Shown here piece by piece: positions 22,291 to 28,245 of a stretch of DNA of 28,245 bases. The position numbers and the translations under genes were made by a program. Source of the DNA: a virus; the UHGV virus genome UHGV-0133447; one strand, written 5' to 3'. The first letter of the stretch is position 1; each line of letters opens with the position of its first letter. The notes under the pieces were generated by a model, which was not told the origin of the DNA, did not search any database, and saw only the letters and a program-made list of their open reading frames with translations.

Positions 22291-22529
22291 AACCTAGTTA
22301 ACTGTGCTGTGTGTAGTCTTGGCGGTTATCCAGTTTTCCACTATCCAAAGGAGGAAGAGGATAACGTTCTGATGGATAACCGCCCTTTTTACACAATACA
22401 AAAGAGCATCACCGGGCGACGGGCTCATTACCCAATCCACCCGGGCGGCGTCCTAACCGCAGGTGCTCTTCTGTGTTGTGTACGGAGAAATTCCCGGCGG
22501 TGGCAGCCGCCTTTCGAGAGGGTAAAACC

Positions 22530-22901
22530 ATGAGTAATGATCGCATGACAGTAGTGCCCGATTTCCTGGGTGAACTGGACGCCGGCGTATTCATGAACAA
22601 GATTGCGGCGGCTCTTAATACCACCGCGCTCGGCGTTCTGAACAACGGCAACAAAGGCAAGGTTGTCCTCACCTTTGATTTTGAGCGTATGGGCAACTCT
22701 GTTGAAGAGAAGCGCGTCAAGATTAAGCACAAGCTGAACTACAGCACCCCAACTCCCCGCGGCAAAGCGTCGGAGGAGGACACCACCGAAACACCAATGT
22801 GGGTTAACAAAGGTGGCAAGCTCACAATCCTGCAGGAGGATCAGGGGCAACTCTTCGGTATCACCGGCGCGGTGGACGGAAAGCTTAAAGCGGCTCAGTG
22901 A
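22530..22901 (+). CDS. conserved phage early-region protein (possibly YfdP-like)
   Basis: 123 aa from ATG 22530 (GAGAGGG upstream); the track ORF starts earlier at 22473. Precedes the DUF2303-like and HD-domain genes, as in the CPS-53 yfdPQR block (memory, uncertain). Confidence 0.5.
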   Translation: MSNDRMTVVPDFLGELDAGVFMNKIAAALNTTALGVLNNGNKGKVVLTFDFERMGNSVEEKRVKIKHKLNYSTPTPRGKASEEDTTETPMWVNKGGKLTILQEDQGQLFGITGAVDGKLKAAQ

Positions 22902-22957
22902 ACCGCACGTACAAATTCACTGATACCACTTCGCTAATCAGTTAATAAGGAATTTTT

Positions 22958-23785
22958 ATGTCTCAGTTAGACAGCGGTACTTTTCAGCAGGTTAAAGATC
23001 TGGTGCTTTCCGGTTATCACCTGAACGATATCCCCGGCCTGGCCTGTCCGACCGCCCTGCTACCGCAGAATACCAGCATTGAAAGCCTGGAGCGTTTTGC
23101 TCTTGAGCGTTTCCGTTTCCGCGGTGCAATGGACACGACTAGCATTGATGATTTCGTTCGCTATTCTGTCGCTTATGCCCTGGAAGAAGAAAAAGCACGT
23201 TGCTTTATTGATGCCGATAACATGCTGGCTCGTTCTATCTTCAACATCGGTACGCTGGATAATCCCGGCCACGCTGATAACGTCGCCTCGATCAAGCTAA
23301 AGAAAACAGCGCCCTTCCGCGCGTTACTGGCGATCAACGGCGATCACCTTAATCAGAAGCAAATCGCCGAATGGCTTGAAGACTGGAGCGACTATCTCAC
23401 TGCGTTCGATGCTGACGGTAACACGATGAAAATCGCCCAGGCCGCTCAGGCAGTTCGCCGCGTCACCATCCAGCAAACTAATGCCTCCGACCATGAAGAT
23501 GGTGATTTCAGTGGCAAAAAATCGCTGATGCAGAGTATTGAAGCCAGCAGTAAAGAGGTTATGCCGGTAGCGTTTGAGTTTAAGTGTGTACCCTATGAAG
23601 GCTTGGGCGAACGTCGTTTCAGTCTGCGCAACAGTCTGCTGAAAAGTAATGACCCGGTATTCGTCCTGCGTATCGTCCAGTTGGAAGCCCAGGAAGAAGC
23701 GATCGCCAATGAGTTCCGTGATCTGCTGGTTGGCAAGTTCGCCGGCAAGCCGGTAGAAACCTTTATCGGCAACTTCAAGGCCTGA
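22958..23785 (+). CDS. DUF2303-like protein (YfdQ-like)
   Basis: 275 aa with AAGGA RBS. Size and position relative to the HD-domain gene match YfdQ-type prophage proteins (memory). Hairpin aaatccccg/cggggattt follows at 23797-23822. Confidence 0.55.
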   Translation: MSQLDSGTFQQVKDLVLSGYHLNDIPGLACPTALLPQNTSIESLERFALERFRFRGAMDTTSIDDFVRYSVAYALEEEKARCFIDADNMLARSIFNIGTLDNPGHADNVASIKLKKTAPFRALLAINGDHLNQKQIAEWLEDWSDYLTAFDADGNTMKIAQAAQAVRRVTIQQTNASDHEDGDFSGKKSLMQSIEASSKEVMPVAFEFKCVPYEGLGERRFSLRNSLLKSNDPVFVLRIVQLEAQEEAIANEFRDLLVGKFAGKPVETFIGNFKA

Positions 23786-23917
23786 TTGCTCTCCATTAAA
23801 TCCCCGTCGTTGCGGGGATTTATTAAAGCGTAATCCTGCAATTAATCGCCACCTGGCGAGGGATTCCTACACCCAAAAATCAGCGCTGTGCAGAGCGCAA
23901 TTAAATGGAGAAATACG

Positions 23918-24445
23918 ATGAGCTTTATTCAAACGTTCACAGGCAAGCACTTTAACTATCTCGATATCCAGCTGGATGCCATTGAGATCGAAGATATCGC
24001 TAACGCACTCTCGAATATTTGCCGCTTTGCTGGCCATCTTCCGGAGTTCTACAGCGTCGGTCAGCACAGCGTGTTAACCAGTCACCTGGTACCACAGGAG
24101 TTTGCACTTGAAGCACTGCTGCACGATGCCGCAGAGGCTTATTTGCAGGATATTCCAGCACCGCTTAAACGCCTGCTCCCGGACTACCGCGCCATTGAGG
24201 ATCGGGTTGATGCTGCTATCCGTCAAAAATTTGGCCTGCCATCTGAGCAGCACCCGACCGTGAAGTATGCCGACCTTGTGATGCTGGCCAGCGAACGTCG
24301 CGACTTTGAAATCGACGACGGCACCCACTGGCCGATGCTCGAAGGCATTATTCCTACCGACCAATTTGTGATTAATCCCGTCCGACCTGGTCAGTCTTAC
24401 GGCATGTTTATGAACCGCTTTAACCAACTGATGGAGCGGCGCTAA
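23918..24445 (+). CDS. HD-domain phosphohydrolase (YfdR-like 5'-deoxynucleotidase)
   Basis: About 175 aa from ATG 23918 (GGAG 7 nt upstream). H...HD motif LLHDAAEAY and downstream Asp residues typical of HD-domain hydrolases. Confidence 0.7.
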   Translation: MSFIQTFTGKHFNYLDIQLDAIEIEDIANALSNICRFAGHLPEFYSVGQHSVLTSHLVPQEFALEALLHDAAEAYLQDIPAPLKRLLPDYRAIEDRVDAAIRQKFGLPSEQHPTVKYADLVMLASERRDFEIDDGTHWPMLEGIIPTDQFVINPVRPGQSYGMFMNRFNQLMERR

Positions 24446-24645
24446 TGGCACATGTGAAAGTGAAAGAATTGGTTGCTGCAGCATACGCTGCAGCACCTGA
24501 CCTACCACCAGCAGCAGCACAATTAATGCAAGACATAGCGTCAAGGCTGGATGTGACCTTTGTCGCCCTTACAGAGGCAATGGACCAGAACACCGCTATG
24601 GCCGCGATGATAGCGAACCTGAGCGAGGAAAACAGAAATGGCTAA
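24445..24645 (+). CDS. hypothetical small protein (66 aa)
   Basis: Start overlaps the upstream stop (TAATG) and its own end overlaps the ParB-like start by 8 nt, so it is translationally coupled on both sides. Confidence 0.45.
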   Translation: MAHVKVKELVAAAYAAAPDLPPAAAQLMQDIASRLDVTFVALTEAMDQNTAMAAMIANLSEENRNG

Positions 24646-25426
24646 AAACTCGATCGATGCTTATGGCGCCAGCGGCAAGACAAACGTTCTGATGTTCGAG
24701 CCGAAAAATCTGCATATTGTCACTGACAAGGCTCACCCGCTTTACGATGAGCGTATTCACTTACCTCTCAGTGAGGCAATGGTGCTGAACATCATGGATC
24801 AAGGTGTTCTGGAGCCGATTATTGTGTGGAAAGACCCGGAAACGGGGCTGTCCTGTGTGGTCGATGGCCGTCAGCGTGTCCGCCATACCCTGGAAGCTAA
24901 CAGGCGTCTGGCAAAAGAGGGAAAAACCCCACTGCTGGTTCCGGCTGTCACTAAACGCGGTTCTGCTGTTCGTATGGCGCAGGCAATGGTCAGCGCAAAC
25001 GAAATCCGCCAGGCCGATACACCGCTGGGCCGAGCCAAAAAGATGGCTGATGCACTGGAGCGCGGGCATGACGAGGAAGACCTCGCGCTGATGTTCGGCG
25101 TCAGCGTCCCCACTGTACGCGCTACGCTATCCCTTCTGGATGCCACTCAGGCAGTCAAAGACGCGGTAGAGTCCGGCACAGTAACAGTTACCCAGGCACG
25201 TCAACTGGCATCACTAAAACCCGAAGAACAGCGGGAAAAGGTAGCCGAAATCGAAGCGGCGACCGCTGGCACTACTGGTCATGAAAAAGCGCGTCGTCAG
25301 CGCCAGGTTCTCGGCGATAAGAAACCGCGCCTTAAAACTCGCAAAGAAATCACTAAAGCCCTCGAAGCTGCCAGCGGTGAATACGCTGATGCTCTCCGCT
25401 GGGTACTTGGGGAGGTAACATTATGA
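24638..25426 (+). CDS. ParB-like nuclease-domain protein with HTH
   Basis: 262 aa. N-terminal LEPIIVWKDPETGLSCVVDGRQRV matches the ParB/Srx GxxR core. Central EEDLALMFGVSVPTVRATLSLL is HTH-like. GAGGAA RBS. Confidence 0.7.
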   Translation: MAKNSIDAYGASGKTNVLMFEPKNLHIVTDKAHPLYDERIHLPLSEAMVLNIMDQGVLEPIIVWKDPETGLSCVVDGRQRVRHTLEANRRLAKEGKTPLLVPAVTKRGSAVRMAQAMVSANEIRQADTPLGRAKKMADALERGHDEEDLALMFGVSVPTVRATLSLLDATQAVKDAVESGTVTVTQARQLASLKPEEQREKVAEIEAATAGTTGHEKARRQRQVLGDKKPRLKTRKEITKALEAASGEYADALRWVLGEVTL

Positions 25427-26499
25427 GTAAAGTAGGAGATCATTTCTTTGAGTTTCCTGCATCACGTGGAACTCAGGGCGTTTCAATCGTCCTGATGCTG
25501 AGTGTTCCTGCACGGACCCTTACGCGAGTTCTCGCCAGCGATAATTACGGGGACACTCTTGAACGCTCGCAGCGAGAACTGAACCCAGCCAGGGCGAAAA
25601 AGTTTTATCAGTATCTTGTTGAAGCATACGAAAACAAAGAGCCATTTATCATTCCACCGCTGGTAGGTAACTGCGATTCGTATGTTGAATTCGAAGAGTT
25701 CGGAAACACTAATGTCGGGGTGGCCCGATTCCCAATGGATGCAGAGATTAAATTGTTTGATGGTCAGCATCGCGCAGCAGGTATTGCGGAATATTGTCGC
25801 ACCATTGATGAACCGATCCATGTCCCGATGATGCTTACTCTCCAGTTGCCACTGAAAACGCGGCAGCAGTTTTTCTCGGACATTAACAACAATGTTTCGA
25901 AGCCATCTGCGGCAATCAACATGGCCTATAACGGGCGCGATAAGAACGCGCAGGTGATGGTCAGCTTTATCAGTTCACACGACGTCTTTTCTGAAGTCAC
26001 CGATTTTGAGCATAACGTCGTTCCCGCGAAAAACGATAAGTGGGTGAGCTTCAAGGCCCTTAGTGATGCCACAGCAAAATTTTCAGGTTCCTGCTCGCAG
26101 GATGATCTTGAAGGATTATGGAATGCGTGGCTTATGCTGACAGGTTTAGATGATATTCGCCGCGGTACGAATCAAGCCGAATATAAACGCGAGTATATCC
26201 AGTTCCATGCCGTGATGATTAATGCCTTCGGTTACGCAGTGCAGCGGCTAAGCGAAGGCCGGGGAGTTCGTGGGGTCACGCTGATGATTGAGGATCTGGT
26301 AATGAATACCGGCATTGCCGATCGTGAAGATTTCTTTCTTATTTCATCATGGGTCGGAATTTGCGCCAGCTGTGAGAAAGCTAGGCCAACGGTCATTGCG
26401 AATGTATCCGCTCAAAAGGCTGCAGCATCACGCCTGATGGATGCCATCGTGAATAAAAGCTTGTCTGTTAGTCGCGGTAAGGAGGCCAGCCATGACTGA
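25423..26499 (+). CDS. DGQHR-domain protein (DndB-like)
   Basis: 358 aa with the literal motif LFDGQHRAAGIAE. Size similar to DndB-family proteins. Start overlaps the ParB-like stop by 4 nt. Confidence 0.7.
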   Translation: MSKVGDHFFEFPASRGTQGVSIVLMLSVPARTLTRVLASDNYGDTLERSQRELNPARAKKFYQYLVEAYENKEPFIIPPLVGNCDSYVEFEEFGNTNVGVARFPMDAEIKLFDGQHRAAGIAEYCRTIDEPIHVPMMLTLQLPLKTRQQFFSDINNNVSKPSAAINMAYNGRDKNAQVMVSFISSHDVFSEVTDFEHNVVPAKNDKWVSFKALSDATAKFSGSCSQDDLEGLWNAWLMLTGLDDIRRGTNQAEYKREYIQFHAVMINAFGYAVQRLSEGRGVRGVTLMIEDLVMNTGIADREDFFLISSWVGICASCEKARPTVIANVSAQKAAASRLMDAIVNKSLSVSRGKEASHD

Positions 26500-27073
26500 G
26501 GCTGAATTAGCGCTTGAACGAGCAAAAAAGCTGGCGTTCTTAATGACAGAGCGTTTCAGTATGAACCCCATTAGCGCCAAACTGCTTAATGAAGCATGGC
26601 GTCTTGCATTCCCTGACGAAGTTGCAGTGGCCAGGCGCATGAGGGCGCTGGTAGAGGCGCTGGAGAAGGCGCAGACCAAAAACGCACTCGTTGCCGGCGG
26701 CATTGAGGCTACAGCAAAGCTACATGAGCGCATCGCCGAGCTGGAAGAAGCAGAGCAAAAACTCTGTGCCGCTAACGTGACGCTTGATGCTCGCGCGGAA
26801 TTGGCTGAGCGCCGGTTGGCAGAGATGGAGTCCCGTACCGTCACCATTGAGCCATTCCGCTCGTTTGTCACTGATGCCGACTTAGCAGCGCTCCACCGCT
26901 TCGCCGAATGCTGTGATGACCCTGAATCTGGCGGTCACGATTTGGAACAAGAGCAGGTAAGGCGGCTTGAGGCAATCGGAGCATTGCAGCGTTCGGGGCG
27001 AATTAGCTACATCACGAGCTTTGGTGATGTCCTGATTTCGATTACCGCTGGCATCAAGTGGGAGGCTAAGTGA
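26492..27073 (+). CDS. hypothetical coiled-coil protein
   Basis: 193 aa. Start overlaps the DGQHR stop by 8 nt. Ala/Glu/Leu-rich heptad-like central region. Confidence 0.45.
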   Translation: MTEAELALERAKKLAFLMTERFSMNPISAKLLNEAWRLAFPDEVAVARRMRALVEALEKAQTKNALVAGGIEATAKLHERIAELEEAEQKLCAANVTLDARAELAERRLAEMESRTVTIEPFRSFVTDADLAALHRFAECCDDPESGGHDLEQEQVRRLEAIGALQRSGRISYITSFGDVLISITAGIKWEAK

Positions 27074-27249
27074 TGGCAGAACGCTGGAAAATTTATCTCA
27101 CTATCGCATTCATCGCCCTTGGCGCTACACCGATAAGCATGGTAGCTGCAAAGATTTATGTACCCTCATGGGCGCTTATTTGCGGGCACTGTGGCGCGAT
27201 AATAGCCGGATTTATTTGTGCAGAATTAGGAAGGGGAGCCGACCAATGA
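27073..27249 (+). CDS. small hydrophobic protein (58 aa)
   Basis: ATG overlaps the upstream stop (TGATG) and its stop overlaps the next ATG (ATGA). Two hydrophobic segments and a CGHCG motif. Below the ORF-track size cutoff, translated by hand. Confidence 0.35.
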   Translation: MAERWKIYLTIAFIALGATPISMVAAKIYVPSWALICGHCGAIIAGFICAELGRGADQ

Positions 27250-28154
27250 CCAGCAAAATATCCATAACCGACGAGCGACTTGCATCAATCCAGGCGACAA
27301 CAGTCGGGGTAAAACAGCGCGGGGCAATGCCGCGTGGTTTTTCAAAGTATCTTGTTGAAAACCTGGCCGCAATACTGGCAGAGCTACAGGAACGTCGCAA
27401 TGCCGCAAAAGGTCTTGACCTGGCGGGCTGGCAATTCAAATCAGTAAACGGTGACTGGTTGGGCCTAATTGACGAACACGGAAAGAATCAGGCCTTTCGT
27501 GAGGGTTGCGAAGTTCGCGAGGTTTTCGCTATGGCCGATGGCGTCAATGAACGCGACCAGGTACGCCGCGAGCACGCCGAGTGGTCACAGGCTACATTCG
27601 GCAATGTTGGTCCGGTTGGCCCATTGAAGCACCTGAGCAAAGAAGCGCTGGAAGCTGCTGCCGAGCCTGGCGACCTGTCGGAGTTTGCTGATATGCAGTT
27701 CCTGCTTTGGGACGCCCAGCGCCGGGCTGGTATCACTGATGATCAGATTACCCAGGCGATGATCGAGAAACTGGCGGTGAACAAACAGCGCGAATGGCCT
27801 GAGCCGAAAGACGGTGAGCCACGGTTGCACATTAAAGATCAGCCATCGGCGGTAGGGCCAGTAACAGACGCTATGGCTTACGCATTCCATCATGCGCTAA
27901 CCGATGGTCCCCTGGGTGATGACGATGTGGAGGATATTAAGATCGGATTGAGAGCAGCTTTCGCTAATGTAACCACCTATCAGCCATTACCAGTAGTGCT
28001 GAAAGAGCATCAAATCCGCGAACTAGTCAATAAACTGCGTGATATAGCTATTGAATATCACGGTACACAACAATTGCGTGAGCATATTGCTTGTGTTGTC
28101 CGCGCCGCTATGATCGCGGTCGCACAACCAGCGCCAAAAAGCGAAGTGAATTAG
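27246..28154 (+). CDS. DUF550-like (MazG-type dATP/dGTP pyrophosphohydrolase domain) protein
   Basis: About 302 aa from ATG 27246; the track ORF starts upstream at 27168. Central HAEWSQATFGN...LSKEALEAAAEPGDLSEFADMQFLLWDAQRRAGI has MazG-like acidic spacing (memory). Confidence 0.5.
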   Translation: MTSKISITDERLASIQATTVGVKQRGAMPRGFSKYLVENLAAILAELQERRNAAKGLDLAGWQFKSVNGDWLGLIDEHGKNQAFREGCEVREVFAMADGVNERDQVRREHAEWSQATFGNVGPVGPLKHLSKEALEAAAEPGDLSEFADMQFLLWDAQRRAGITDDQITQAMIEKLAVNKQREWPEPKDGEPRLHIKDQPSAVGPVTDAMAYAFHHALTDGPLGDDDVEDIKIGLRAAFANVTTYQPLPVVLKEHQIRELVNKLRDIAIEYHGTQQLREHIACVVRAAMIAVAQPAPKSEVN

Positions 28155-28196
28155 TAATATTCCCCGGGTGCAGCCGGGCTGTATGGAGATCCTGTC

Positions 28197-28245
28197 ATGG
28201 CAAAACTTATGAAAGCGAGTCAATGGGGAAAACGCGAATTTACCA
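28197..28245 (+). CDS. start of a further ORF (MAKLMKASQWGKREFT...), truncated by window end
   Basis: ATG at 28197 with GGAG about 9 nt upstream, after hairpin cccgg-gtgcag-ccggg (28163-28178). Confidence 0.3.
   Translation, partial: MAKLMKASQWGKREFT

Noticed and set aside
21190-22529. GC-rich segment as the prophage/host junction or tandem-prophage boundary
   Set aside because: It sits between a repressor-controlled promoter and co-oriented early genes, consistent with a single early-left operon; no integrase or excisionase gene is adjacent. Cannot be fully excluded without flanking sequence.

Overview
The window reads as an internal segment of an enterobacterial-type lambdoid prophage; no integrase or attachment site is visible. 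All calls are from reading the sequence and the ORF track, with family assignments from remembered motifs; no database search was run. Layout: (1) 1-5612, minus strand, late genes: portal (partial), HK97-like large terminase, P27-type small terminase, HNH endonuclease, and a lysis cassette (two holin-like proteins, GH19-type endolysin, overlapping spanin pair). (2) 5650-10172, a moron-rich interval between the antiterminator Q and the lysis genes: a membrane-protein ORF flanked by a perfect 14-bp direct repeat, convergent terminators, a TerB-like protein, an HNH-AP2 endonuclease, a tRNA-Thr(UGU), an orphan N6/N4 DNA methyltransferase, and a late promoter/terminator pair just downstream of Q. 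(3) 10173-19773, minus strand, early-right operon: Q, DUF968, KilA-N, RusA, a LexA-type DNA-binding protein lacking the peptidase domain, a C5-cytosine methyltransferase with internally repeated modules, a Dam-like methyltransferase, a PerC-like protein, an O-like replication initiator with internal iterons, and a CII-like regulator. (4) 19818-20850, immunity region: cro and cI diverging from GTACC-N5-GGTAC operators, a cI terminator and a strong outward promoter. (5) 20954-28245, plus strand, early-left operon: a 1.3-kb ORF-poor GC-rich segment, yfdPQR-like genes including an HD-domain hydrolase, then a translationally coupled ParB-like / DGQHR (DndB-like) / DUF550 block. The most unusual signal is a family of three related ~130-150-nt elements (8247-8393 minus; 21901-22043 and 22159-22290 plus), each with a conserved leader motif, a long-range 7-bp closing helix and a GCCGGCCG-type internal motif, one of which threads onto a tRNA cloverleaf. 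Other notable points are three orphan methyltransferases of different classes in one prophage and the ParB-like/DGQHR module.
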